A stretch of DNA of 64,000 nucleotides from Acidimicrobiaceae bacterium (GTDB lineage: Bacteria > Actinomycetota > Acidimicrobiia > Acidimicrobiales > JAUTXP01), in NCBI GenBank assembly GCA_030837965.1, contig JAUTXP010000013.1, positions 11,080 to 75,079 on the forward strand. Reading direction: 5' to 3'. Positions within the stretch are counted from its first letter, which is position 1. Each line of letters begins with the position of its first letter. The notes beneath the pieces were generated by a model. That model saw nothing but the letters and a program-made list of their open reading frames with translations, searched no databases and had not been told where the DNA came from. Positions 36,906 to 46,063 of the stretch are shown here, in pieces. The position numbers and the translations under genes are program-made.

Positions 36906-38020
36906 GCGACGAGTTCCTTTGGCGACGAGGTGAGGATGCGGCAACCGTCGGCGGTGACCACCACCGTGTCCTCGATGCGGACGCCGCCGTGCTCAGGGAG
37001 GTACACGCCCGGCTCCACGGTGACGACGTTGCCGGCGGCGAGCGTATCAGCCGACGTGGAGCCCACCGCCGGGGCCTCGTGGATGTCGAGGCCCACGCCG
37101 TGGCCGGTGCCGTGCACGAAGGCCGAGCCCCATCCGGCCGCGCCGATCACCTCCCGGCAGGCCGTGTCCACGTCGAGCGCTCCCCGCCCTGACGCCACTG
37201 CCGCCACGCCCGCGGCCTGCGACTGGCGCACGACCTCGTACATGCGCAGGGCCATCGGGTCGGTGGGCTCGCCCACGCTGACCGTGCGGGTCATGTCCGA
37301 GCAGTAGCCGTCGAACAGGGCGCCGAAGTCGAGCACGACCAACTCGCCCCTCTCGATGCGACGGGCCGTGGGCCGATGATGGGGCTTGGCCCCGTTCGGC
37401 CCCGACGCCACGATGGTCTCGAAGCTCGGCCCCGTGGCCCCTCGACGCCGCATCTCGGAGTCCAGGGCCAGGGCGAACTCGGCCTCGGTGGGGCCTTCGT
37501 AGAGCAGGGCGCGCAAGTGGGCCAAGGCCCCGTCGGCGCAGTCGGCCGCGGCCTGGATGCGGGCCACCTCGCCCTCGTCCTTCACCTCTCGGAGCCGCTC
37601 GACCAGGCCGAGGGTCGGCACGAGCGTGGCCGACGCGAACCACTCGGCTGCCATCGAACGCTGCTGGGCCCACGTCACGCTGGCCGCCTCCAACCCGACC
37701 CGTTGAAAGCGCTTGGCGTGGGCGACCACCGCATCGCGCTGGGCGCCGGGGAGGCCGATCTCGACTTGGGCGGGCAGCCGCACCTGCTCCGCGATCTGGG
37801 TGCCATAGCGGCCGTCGGAGGTGAGCAGCAGGTCGTCCGCCGTCACCAGCAACATCCCCGCGGAGCCGGTGAAGCCGGTCAGGTAGCGCACGTTCTTCAA
37901 GTTGGTGACCAGCAGGGCGTCGCACTCCGACGCCATGGCCGCCCGCAGCCGTTCGACCCGGCCCGCGTGGTCCATGGCCGGCAACGCGTTTGCATTTGCC
38001 GTCGGGGCAGGCCGATTCAC
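36902..38020 (-). CDS. pepQ: Xaa-Pro peptidase (M24)
   Basis: YLTGFTGS, SFETIVASG, DFGA..YCSDMTRT, HGTGHGVGLDIHE, TVEPGVY, GVRIED. Confidence 0.92.
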   Translation of the reverse strand: MNRPAPTANANALPAMDHAGRVERLRAAMASECDALLVTNLKNVRYLTGFTGSAGMLLVTADDLLLTSDGRYGTQIAEQVRLPAQVEIGLPGAQRDAVVAHAKRFQRVGLEAASVTWAQQRSMAAEWFASATLVPTLGLVERLREVKDEGEVARIQAAADCADGALAHLRALLYEGPTEAEFALALDSEMRRRGATGPSFETIVASGPNGAKPHHRPTARRIERGELVVLDFGALFDGYCSDMTRTVSVGEPTDPMALRMYEVVRQSQAAGVAAVASGRGALDVDTACREVIGAAGWGSAFVHGTGHGVGLDIHEAPAVGSTSADTLAAGNVVTVEPGVYLPEHGGVRIEDTVVVTADGCRILTSSPKELVA

Positions 38021-38463
38021 AGCAGCCCCGCCACCGCGTCGATGGCCAAGCGGTAGCCCGCCCCGCCGAAGCCCATGATGGACCCGTTGGCCACCGGTGC
38101 CACCACCGACGTGTGCCGCCACGGCTCGCGGGCGTTGGGGTTGGAGATGTGCAGCTCCACGACCACGCCGTCGAAGGAGGCCAGCGCGTCGTGGATGGCC
38201 CAGGCGTAGTGGGTGAAGGCGCCCGCGTTGATGACGATGGCCGCGCACCGGCCCCGCGCCCCGTGAATGGCGTCGACCAGCTCGTGCTCGGCGTTGGACT
38301 GGACGTGTTCGAGGTCCAATCCATGCGACTCGGCCGCGGCCTGGGCCGTCTTCACGTGGTCGTCCAGCGTGGCCGTGCCGTAGACCTCAGGCTGGCGTTG
38401 CCCCAGCAAATTGAGGTTGGGGCCCGAGAGCAGCAGCACCGTCCGCCCATCGCCCATGGTCAT
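38017..38463 (-). CDS. aroQ: Type II 3-dehydroquinate dehydratase
   Basis: GPNLNLLGQRQPEVYG, QSNAE, INAGAFTHY, ELHISN..REPWRH. Confidence 0.96.
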   Translation of the reverse strand: MTMGDGRTVLLLSGPNLNLLGQRQPEVYGTATLDDHVKTAQAAAESHGLDLEHVQSNAEHELVDAIHGARGRCAAIVINAGAFTHYAWAIHDALASFDGVVVELHISNPNAREPWRHTSVVAPVANGSIMGFGGAGYRLAIDAVAGLL

Positions 38464-38553
38464 CGCCTCCCGAACGCGCGCACGCCGCACACGATAAGAG
38501 GCCCCGCCGACCCGTGCATCGGTGTCATGGCTGCACCGACCGGTGCAGCGGTG

Positions 38554-39594
38554 TCATGCCGCGCCCATGGCGTGGAGGGTGTCGCGGACCACGGCCTCGG
38601 ACACGCCCGCCACCACCTCCACGCCCCGAAGCCCGTCGAGCACGAACGTCAGCCCGGCCACCGCCTTTTTGTCCCTGCCCATCAGGGCCATAAGCAGTTG
38701 CGCCTCTGCACCGGACGGGAGTTCGGCGGGGAGGCCGTAGCCCCGCACCACGGCCTCGTGATACGCGACGCGCTCCTCGTCCACCCGCTCCATCCGACAG
38801 GCCAGCCGGGCCGCGAACACCAGGCCGATGGCCACGGCCTCGCCATGGCGCAGGTCGTAGTGCCCCGCCGTCTCCAGCGCGTGGGCCAACGTGTGGCCGT
38901 AGTTCAACAGGGCGCGGCGGCCCGACTCCCGCTCATCGGATGCGACCACGTCGGCCTTGATGCGCACGCACGCGGCCACCCGCTCGTCCAGGGGCAGGTC
39001 CTCCAGACCCACGCCACCGCCGCTGCTGCCACCAAGACCACTGCCGCCGCCGAGGAAGTGGTACTTGGCCATCTCGCCGCACCCGCTCAGGTACTCCCGA
39101 GGCGGCAAGGTCGACAGCACCTCGGTGTCGCACAGCACGGCCGCGGGCTGCCAGAAGGCGCCGATCAGGTTCTTGCCCTCGGGCACGTTCACGCCCGTCT
39201 TGCCGCCGATGGCCGCGTCGACCTGGCCCAGCAACGTGGTGGCCACATGCACAACGGGCACGCCCCGGTGATAGACCGCGGCCGCGAAGCCCGCGGTGTC
39301 GGTGACCACGCCGCCGCCCACGGCCACCACCGCGTCACGACGCGTCAGCCCCCATCGGGCGAAGCGCCGGCACAGGTCCTCCACCGTCTCCATGCACTTG
39401 GCCTCTTCGCCGTCGTCCATGAGGAACGTCTGGTGCTCCACGCCAGGATCGACGGGGACACCCACCGACTCCTGCGTGACCACCGCGGCCCGCTTGACCC
39501 CGACGGGCAGGACTTCGAGCAGGCGGTGCCTGGCCCCGTGGCCGACGAGCACGTCGTAGCCCCGCTCCCCCAGGTCGACCTTGACCGTGATCAC
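38554..39594 (-). CDS. aroB: 3-dehydroquinate synthase
   Basis: GEEAK, GGGVVTD, TTLLGQVDAAIGGKTGVN, KNLIGAF, LNYGHTLAHALE, HGEAVAIG. Confidence 0.96.
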   Translation of the reverse strand: MITVKVDLGERGYDVLVGHGARHRLLEVLPVGVKRAAVVTQESVGVPVDPGVEHQTFLMDDGEEAKCMETVEDLCRRFARWGLTRRDAVVAVGGGVVTDTAGFAAAVYHRGVPVVHVATTLLGQVDAAIGGKTGVNVPEGKNLIGAFWQPAAVLCDTEVLSTLPPREYLSGCGEMAKYHFLGGGSGLGGSSGGGVGLEDLPLDERVAACVRIKADVVASDERESGRRALLNYGHTLAHALETAGHYDLRHGEAVAIGLVFAARLACRMERVDEERVAYHEAVVRGYGLPAELPSGAEAQLLMALMGRDKKAVAGLTFVLDGLRGVEVVAGVSEAVVRDTLHAMGAA

Positions 39595-40085
39595 AGGGCG
39601 GCCATGATCTGCTCCACCACCTGCTCGGGCTCGACCGCGTCGACGTCCACCACCACGTCGGCCAGTTCCTCGTACAGGGGTCGACGCTGCGGGTACAGCC
39701 GGGCCAGGGCGGCGGCGGGATCGTCCCCCAACAGCGGCCTGCCCTCGCCCCGGCCCACGCGCTCGGCCAGCGTGTCGACGCCGGCGCGCAGCCACACCAC
39801 GGTGCCGCTGTTGCGCAGCAGCACGCGGTTCTCGGGGTCGAGCACGGCCCCACCCGCGACGGACACCACGCTCGGCTTGCCTCGCTCGACCGCCTCCACC
39901 AACGCCTTGCGCTCCTCGACCCGGAACGCGGGCTCGCCGTCCGACGCGAAGATCTCGGGCACGGTGCGACCGGTGTTGGCCATCACCTGCTCGTCGCTGT
40001 CGAGGTAGGGCCGGCCCAGGCGCTCGGCCAACAACCGGCCCACGGTCGTCTTGCCCACGCCCATCATCCCGATCAGGAAGATCAC
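39591..40085 (-). CDS. aroK: Shikimate kinase
   Basis: GMMGVGKTT, DSD, GEPAFR, GGG, RPLL. Confidence 0.96.
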   Translation of the reverse strand: MIFLIGMMGVGKTTVGRLLAERLGRPYLDSDEQVMANTGRTVPEIFASDGEPAFRVEERKALVEAVERGKPSVVSVAGGAVLDPENRVLLRNSGTVVWLRAGVDTLAERVGRGEGRPLLGDDPAAALARLYPQRRPLYEELADVVVDVDAVEPEQVVEQIMAAL

Positions 40086-41242
40086 AGGCCCGCGACGAAG
40101 GCAGCGTGGTTGCGCTCGAACTCGACCACCGAGTCGCCGCCGAACTTGCGCAGGGCCTCCCCTGCCAGCACCAGCGCCATCATCGTCTCGGCCACCACGC
40201 CCATGGCGGGCACCGCGGTCACGTCGGTGCGCTCCTTGAACGAAACCGTCTCTTCCTTGGTGACGGTGTCGACCGTCTTCAGCGTGGGCTTGTTCAAGGT
40301 GGCCAGCGGCTTCATGGCCGCCCGGGCGACGAGCAGCTCGCCCGACGAGATGCCGCCCTCGATCCCGCCCGCCAACGACGACTCCCGCCGATAGGCGGAA
40401 GCGGCCGCGTCCCAGGTGATGGGGTCATGGGCATCAGACCCCCGACGCCCGGCCACGTCCCAGCCCTCGCCCAACTCCACCGCCTTCACCGCTTGGATGC
40501 TCATGAGGGCTTGGGCCAACAAGGCATCGAGCTTGCGGTCCCAGTGGACATGGCTGCCCAGCCCGACGGGCACGCCATAGGCCAGCACCTCGCACACGCC
40601 GCCCAGGGAGTCGCCCGCCTTGGCTGCGGCCTTGATCTCATCGACCATGGCCTGCTCGGCATCCGGGTCGAAGCAGCGCACCTCGGAGTCGTCCACTGCG
40701 GCCAGGTCGGCGGGCCCGGGCCGGGCCGTGGACTTGGTGGTCACCGGCCCGAGCTGAACGACGTGGCTGAGCACGTCGATCCCGATACGCGCCAGCAAGG
40801 CCTTGGCGCACGTGCCCGCCGCGACCCGCGCCGCCGTCTCGCGCGCCGACGCCCGTTCCAGCACGTCGCGCGCGTCGTCGAAGCCGTACTTCTGCATGCC
40901 CGCCAGGTCGGCGTGGCCGGGCCGGGGCTGGGTGAGGGGGGCCTTGGTCTGGCCCGGCGCGGGCGACATCTCCTCGTGCCACTTGTCGGACTTCACCCAC
41001 TCGCTGTTGCCCACCTCGATGGCCACCGGCGAGCCGAGCGTGCGGCCGTGCCTGACCCCGCCCAGCAGGGTGACCTCGTCCTGCTCGAAGCGCATCCGCG
41101 GCCCGCGGCCGAAGCCCAGCCTGCGTCGGGCCAGCTCGCCCTGCACCTCCGCGACGGTGAGGGGCAGGCCCGCGGGGAGGCCCTCGACGATGACGACCAG
41201 GCCTTTGCCATGCGACTCGCCCGCGGTCAGGAAGCGCAACAC
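40082..41242 (-). CDS. aroC: Chorismate synthase
   Basis: TAGESHG, RRRLGFGRG, PRPGHAD, ERASARETA, GGIEGGIS, MKPL; own leaderless TAGATT -10 at 41249-41254. Confidence 0.97.
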   Translation of the reverse strand: MLRFLTAGESHGKGLVVIVEGLPAGLPLTVAEVQGELARRRLGFGRGPRMRFEQDEVTLLGGVRHGRTLGSPVAIEVGNSEWVKSDKWHEEMSPAPGQTKAPLTQPRPGHADLAGMQKYGFDDARDVLERASARETAARVAAGTCAKALLARIGIDVLSHVVQLGPVTTKSTARPGPADLAAVDDSEVRCFDPDAEQAMVDEIKAAAKAGDSLGGVCEVLAYGVPVGLGSHVHWDRKLDALLAQALMSIQAVKAVELGEGWDVAGRRGSDAHDPITWDAAASAYRRESSLAGGIEGGISSGELLVARAAMKPLATLNKPTLKTVDTVTKEETVSFKERTDVTAVPAMGVVAETMMALVLAGEALRKFGGDSVVEFERNHAAFVAGL

Positions 41243-41300
41243 ACGCTCAATCTACCGGGCGGTGCTTGCCGCCCAGCGGGTTGGCCTTTGGCCGCGACGA

Positions 41301-42458
41301 TCAGCCGATGAGGGTGGTGGCCCGCGACGACGGGATCTCGGTGTAGTCCTTGATCTTCCAGTTCTGGAGGACCAGGCTCTCGACCCGCTGGTCGTAGCGC
41401 ATCTCGAAGTTCGGGTTGCCGTTCATGCGGAACGACCCCACCACCAGTGCGCCGGTCCACGTGACGTGGCCGCCGTTGACGGTCATGTCCGCACCAGGCG
41501 CATACAGGATGCCCGCCACGCTTCCCGCGTGCGACCCGTTGCCGGGCTCGATGACGCCCGCGCCGATCTTGTAGATCTGGAGGTCGACGGGGTTGCCGCC
41601 CATGTTCACGAGCGAGTCGGAGATGTCCAACGTGGTGCCCGCGGTATTGCTCGCCGCGTTGGTCATGTAGATCTTGACCGGGCCGCCCAGCGTCACCGTG
41701 CCCGAGAAGCGGACGTTGGTGCTGCATACGTACGTGCCTGCGGACAGCACGCCGGAGACCACGCCGGCCGCGCCCGGGCAGCCGCCCGGCGCCGGGCTGG
41801 TGGGAAGGGCCGGGTCAGGCGTCTGGTACGGGCCGGTCGGGTTGCTGGGCGCAGAGCACCCGCTGCAGGAGCCTTCGTTCGTGTAGAAGTACTGGCCGTC
41901 GCCGCCGCCGCCGCCGTTGACGTCGATGGCGTGGTTGGAGCCGATGTTGGCCCTGCGGTTCGGATCGATGCTGCCGTCCGGCCTGGTGGCGTGGATGTTG
42001 TCGCCGCCGTTGCCGTTGAGGCGGATGCCGTTGACGCCGAACAAGGCGAACGGGAACTGGAGCTGGCGGTAGGCGGTGGCCTGCACGCCGTGGGGCCTGC
42101 CGTTGACCGTGCCCATGGCCGTGATGGTGTACGTCTGGTCGTCCACCATGGCGGCCTTGTACTTGAAGGTCCCTGCGGCCACCGAGCCGGTCACCGGGCC
42201 AATGGTGGCCACCGAGCCCAACTGGTCGATCTTGAACAGGGCGTCGCTCACGCCCGCGTCGGCGCTGGCCAAGGCGGCGTTGAAGTCCTGGCCCTGGCGG
42301 ACGCTGTGGATGCCGGCGAGGGTGCGGGCCAGCACCGCGGTCGAGAGCATGGTCAACACCATGAGGACGGCGACGGCGACAGCCATGCTGCCGCGTTCGT
42401 CGCGCTGGTCGCGCTTGTCGTTCTCAATTCGCGGGGTTTGGGGACGCGTCAGCCGCAT
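41301..42458 (-). CDS. PilX/PilK-like large minor pilin
   Basis: Class III-like signal DERG|SMAVAVAVLMVL lacking E5, then ALASADAGV..A helix and a Gly/Asn-rich beta C-terminal domain. Confidence 0.7.
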   Translation of the reverse strand: MRLTRPQTPRIENDKRDQRDERGSMAVAVAVLMVLTMLSTAVLARTLAGIHSVRQGQDFNAALASADAGVSDALFKIDQLGSVATIGPVTGSVAAGTFKYKAAMVDDQTYTITAMGTVNGRPHGVQATAYRQLQFPFALFGVNGIRLNGNGGDNIHATRPDGSIDPNRRANIGSNHAIDVNGGGGGDGQYFYTNEGSCSGCSAPSNPTGPYQTPDPALPTSPAPGGCPGAAGVVSGVLSAGTYVCSTNVRFSGTVTLGGPVKIYMTNAASNTAGTTLDISDSLVNMGGNPVDLQIYKIGAGVIEPGNGSHAGSVAGILYAPGADMTVNGGHVTWTGALVVGSFRMNGNPNFEMRYDQRVESLVLQNWKIKDYTEIPSSRATTLIG

Positions 42459-43120
42459 CCGATTCCTCCTGGCAGTCGGTTGCGCAGCTCGACGTCGACG
42501 TTCTCGGTGAACGGCTGCGGCCCTGGGTTCGAGTCGGAGATGACGGTGACGTGCACGCGGATGGCGCAGTTGGCCACGTCGTCGGGGATGGCCAGGCCCA
42601 CCAGGTCCTGGTTGTGCTGGTTGTAGTACCGAAGGAAGGGCGTGCCCGACTCGTTGTTGCGGACTCGGGTCAGCTTGGCCGTGGTCCGCACGATGGCGCC
42701 GCCGGGGCCGGTGAGCTCCTTGCGGGTGATGATCTGGGTGGCCGGGTCGTAGACCCAGCGCACGTAGGTCTGGGGCCCGGCCGACGGGCCGAGGGCCAGT
42801 TCGAGCGAGTTGGTGTAGTCAGCGGCGGTGGCCGTCACCAGGCGCTGCATGGGGTTGGCCGAGCGGATGTCGCGGGCCATCTCCTGCAGGAAGAAGCGCA
42901 CGTTCTGCTCGTTCGACACCAACGCCTGCGTGCGCCGCTCGTGCTTGGTCAGCACCTCGAGGATGCTGAAGAACATGGCCAGGACACCCAGCAGGATGCC
43001 GCACACGACCACGACCTCGACCATGGTGTAGCCGCCTTGGCGCTTGCCTTCGGTCTTGGCTTCGCGCTCAGTCTCGTGCTCGGTCTCGTGCTCGGCGTGG
43101 CGCTCGTTTTGAATCAGCAT
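42449..43120 (-). CDS. PilW-like minor pilin
   Basis: RQGG|YTMVEVVVV prepilin motif, MARDIRSA, C-terminal VELRN. Confidence 0.8.
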   Translation of the reverse strand: MLIQNERHAEHETEHETEREAKTEGKRQGGYTMVEVVVVCGILLGVLAMFFSILEVLTKHERRTQALVSNEQNVRFFLQEMARDIRSANPMQRLVTATAADYTNSLELALGPSAGPQTYVRWVYDPATQIITRKELTGPGGAIVRTTAKLTRVRNNESGTPFLRYYNQHNQDLVGLAIPDDVANCAIRVHVTVISDSNPGPQPFTENVDVELRNRLPGGIGCG

Positions 43121-44349
43121 GTCGTCGCTCCGCTGGCCTTGACGCACACGTTGCCGATGGACGCCGTCTGGGTCGACCCGATGTAGACGGTGATGGTGTG
43201 GTTGCCCGTGCTCCACTGGGTGTTGCCGTCGAGGGTCGCCTTGTAGGACGAGCCCGACTGGAGCGTCAGGGTGGCCGTGGTCGGGCTGCTGCTGGTGGGG
43301 CTGTACCGGACGGTCAGCACGCTCGACGAGCAGTTGCCGTTCATGTTGACGGTCACGTTGACGTCGCTCAGCAGCTTGCCGCTGGAGTTCTTCTGCTCGG
43401 CCGTGGCCGGGGTGACGTTCATCGTCCCTGCCGCACAGGCCGCCGAGCTGGTGGAGGTGTTGGTGGTGGCCGACACGATGCTGGTCGGCGTCGAGCTCAA
43501 GCCGTTGGAGGCCTGGGCCCTGACCCGGAAGTAGTACGTGGTGCCGGGAGAAAGGCCCGCCACCGCGTAGCTCGTGTTGGCCGCGGGCAGCGAGCCGTTG
43601 GCCGTGGCCGCGCTGGCCATCGTGCTGTCAGGGGCGACCGAGTACTCGACGATCCAGTTGTTGACCGGAGGGTTGGAGGAGGACGGGGCCGTCCACGTGA
43701 GGTTCACCGTGGTCTCGCCGGGGACACCGGAAGGAACCGAGGCGGCCAGGTTGGTGGGGGCCGAGGGGGGGAAGGCGGCGGGCGCAGTGGTCGTCGTGGT
43801 GGACGACGCCGTAGCGCCGCGAGGACCGCCGTACGTGCCTTGGCCGCCGGGATACACGACTGAGTCCTGGCGCAGGTTGTGGCTGCCGCCGTCGTCGGTG
43901 TAGGTGACGACCACCGTGGTCCGCTTGTAGGCCTCGGTGTGGGTTGCGTCGGCGTCCATCCACACGATGTAGCGGGCCAGGTTGTAGGTGATGCCCTGCT
44001 GGACGTCCGAGCCGTTGGGTGCGACCTGGGGCGAGGTGATGGTGGACGAGGCCACGAAGTCGACGGTGGCGTGGCCCTCGTACTGCGACACGTAGCCCGC
44101 CTGGGTGGTGGCGAAGCCGAGCTGGCCGTAGGGGACGGCGTGCATGGCCTCGGTCTCGCGGATGGCCAGGCCCACGGCCGCGGTGCGACGCCCGCCCACG
44201 CCTGCGGTGCGCATGGCCCCGTAGAACACGCCCGCCACGGCCAGCATGACGATGGCCATGACCGTGAGCGCGGCCAGCAGCTCGACGAGGGTGAACCCGT
44301 CCTCGTCTCGCGTCATGGCCCGCGGACGCCGGCGCAGCAGGGACTGCAT
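43114..44349 (-). CDS. PilV-like minor pilin with fibronectin type III domain
   Basis: EDG|FTLVELLAAL prepilin motif; FN3: PSAPTNL..VNLTWTAP..Y..GLSPGTTYYFRVRA. Confidence 0.85.
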   Translation of the reverse strand: MQSLLRRRPRAMTRDEDGFTLVELLAALTVMAIVMLAVAGVFYGAMRTAGVGGRRTAAVGLAIRETEAMHAVPYGQLGFATTQAGYVSQYEGHATVDFVASSTITSPQVAPNGSDVQQGITYNLARYIVWMDADATHTEAYKRTTVVVTYTDDGGSHNLRQDSVVYPGGQGTYGGPRGATASSTTTTTAPAAFPPSAPTNLAASVPSGVPGETTVNLTWTAPSSSNPPVNNWIVEYSVAPDSTMASAATANGSLPAANTSYAVAGLSPGTTYYFRVRAQASNGLSSTPTSIVSATTNTSTSSAACAAGTMNVTPATAEQKNSSGKLLSDVNVTVNMNGNCSSSVLTVRYSPTSSSPTTATLTLQSGSSYKATLDGNTQWSTGNHTITVYIGSTQTASIGNVCVKASGATTC

Positions 44350-44356
44350 AGAGGAG

Positions 44357-44384
44357 GTATCGCCTCACCGGGCATCGACCTTGA
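44357..44384 (-). promoter_or_regulatory. Sigma-28-like promoter (leaderless) for minor pilin operon
   Basis: TCAAG-N17-CGATAC then 7 nt to ATG 44349. Confidence 0.75.
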
Positions 44385-44470
44385 GGGCCGTTTGCGCCCT
44401 TACGCGGCCATCCTCGCCCGCCCCTTCGCCTCGCATCCCTTTCTCGGCATGACAGTCACGCCTGTGAGGC

Positions 44471-44489
44471 GAACTGAGCCTGACGAGAA
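44471..44489. promoter_or_regulatory. 19-bp motif GAACTGAGCCTGACGAGAA shared with 51630-51648
   Basis: 18/19 identity between two intergenic regions, each upstream of a pilin promoter. Confidence 0.55.
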
Positions 44490-44585
44490 CGAGAGGGGCA
44501 AATGCATCCCGGTGCGTGGGCACCGAGCCCCGGACGCGGCGAGGGCGCCCGTGCGGGCGCCCTCCAGAGCCGCAGGTCCGCCCGC

Positions 44586-45293
44586 CTACTTGACGACCTG
44601 CTCCCCCTTGCAGAGTCGGAACTGGTCGTCGCCGAACAAGAAGCGCCCACACCCGTCCGCCTGGGACAGCGACACGGCCTTGAAGCTGGTGGCGAAGACC
44701 TGGCCACCAGCCACCTTGTAGACGGTGTCGTTGACCTTGACGTTGGCCACGACCTTGCCGCCCTCGCTGAACACGTCGAGCAGCGACACCCGCTGGCCCC
44801 GGCTGGGCTCAGAGCTGCCGCCCGAGCCGGTCCCGGTCGAGCCCGTGCCGGTAGAGCCGGTGGACCCAGTGCCGGTCGACCCAGTGCCGGTTGAGCCCGT
44901 GCCCGTCGTGCCGGTGCCAGTGCGGCTGGTGGTGACCCCGGTACCCGTCCCGGTCCCGGTCGAGCCCGTGCCGGTGGTGCCGGTGCCCGTCGAGCCCGTG
45001 CTGCCCGAGGTGGACGACCCGGTGGCGCCCCGCAGCGGGACGAACGGATTCTTGGTGTTGAACACCTCGAACGTCTCCGCCGCAGCCACGGGGGCAGTCG
45101 TCGCCGTCGGCGAGCGCACCGTGGTGGGCGTGCCCGACAACGTGGTGGGCGTGGTCGTGTCGTTGCTGCTGTCGCTGCCCAGCAGGGTGAAGGCCAAGAA
45201 CCCGACGATGATCACGCCCAGCACGGCGACCAGGATGCCCAGGGCGCGTCGGTTGCCAGCGGAGCCCGGCGGTGCGGGCATGGGCTCGGTCAC
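44586..45293 (-). CDS. Membrane-anchored protein with (TGSTG)n linker; PilP-like position
   Basis: N-terminal TM helix, KNPF motif, long Thr/Gly/Ser repeat, small C-terminal beta domain with two Cys; follows pilO. Confidence 0.75.
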   Translation of the reverse strand: MTEPMPAPPGSAGNRRALGILVAVLGVIIVGFLAFTLLGSDSSNDTTTPTTLSGTPTTVRSPTATTAPVAAAETFEVFNTKNPFVPLRGATGSSTSGSTGSTGTGTTGTGSTGTGTGTGVTTSRTGTGTTGTGSTGTGSTGTGSTGSTGTGSTGTGSGGSSEPSRGQRVSLLDVFSEGGKVVANVKVNDTVYKVAGGQVFATSFKAVSLSQADGCGRFLFGDDQFRLCKGEQVVK

Positions 45294-46063
45294 GGTCGGG
45301 CTCCGGTCGTCGAGGTGGTGGCGCCCGGTGCGGTCGTCGTGGTGGCGCCCGCCGCGCCCGGCGCCGTGGTGGTCGTGGCCCCGCCCGCGGCCGTGGTGCT
45401 GGTGGTCGATGGCGTGGCCGTGGCCCCTGCAAACCCGGCAGGGATGGACCGCACGAACATGCGGGCGTTGATGCTCGCCGTCAGCGCGCCGGTGTTCGGG
45501 TCGGCGTTGACGTTGAGGGCGTCGGTGACCACCAGTCGGGGCAGGCGGTCGAGCCGGTTGAGGAAGTCCATCACCTGGAAGTACCCGCCCTGCACCTGGA
45601 TCACCAGGGTGACCTCAGCAGGTGGGGTCGCCACCGCCGCGGGCGGGGTCGCAGTCGTCGCCGCCGTAGTGGGGGTCGTGCCCGACGCGGGGGCGGTGGT
45701 CGGCGTGGGCGTCACCACCGCGGTGGCCGGGGCCTTGGGCTCGCTCGGTGCAATGGACATGAAGTTGATGCCCGACTTGGTGGCCGCGTCGTTGACGTCG
45801 ACCAAGAACTGACCGAGGTTGGGCGTGTCAGGGATGGCCGTGCGCAGCGTCTCCAACTGCGCCCGGCGCAACGGTTCGGATGCCCGCACGTCGCGCAGCC
45901 GCCTGACCTGAGCCTGGAGCTGCTGCTCCTGGGCCTGGGCTGCGGCCGTTCGCTTCTTGGCCTTGTCCAGATCGCTCTTGGCCGGGCTCCACAACAGGAG
46001 GTACCAGCCCAGGAGGATCACCACCGCGGCGATGGCGGCGAAGAGGATGACGCGCCGACTCAC
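45290..46063 (-). CDS. pilO: Type IV pilus assembly protein PilO
   Basis: TM plus coiled coil, AIPDTPNLGQFL, GGYFQVMDFLNRLDRLPRLV. Confidence 0.85.
   Translation of the reverse strand: MSRRVILFAAIAAVVILLGWYLLLWSPAKSDLDKAKKRTAAAQAQEQQLQAQVRRLRDVRASEPLRRAQLETLRTAIPDTPNLGQFLVDVNDAATKSGINFMSIAPSEPKAPATAVVTPTPTTAPASGTTPTTAATTATPPAAVATPPAEVTLVIQVQGGYFQVMDFLNRLDRLPRLVVTDALNVNADPNTGALTASINARMFVRSIPAGFAGATATPSTTSTTAAGGATTTTAPGAAGATTTTAPGATTSTTGARP

Noticed and set aside
38507-38558. Imperfect 23-bp direct repeat (period 29) with a small hairpin between aroB and aroQ
   Set aside because: Looks like a local duplication of the aroB stop region; only two copies and no evident function.
39010-39052. Gly/Ser-rich stretch in AroB (GGGSGLGGSSGGGVG)
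   Set aside because: Probably a low-complexity loop expansion; catalytic motifs are intact.
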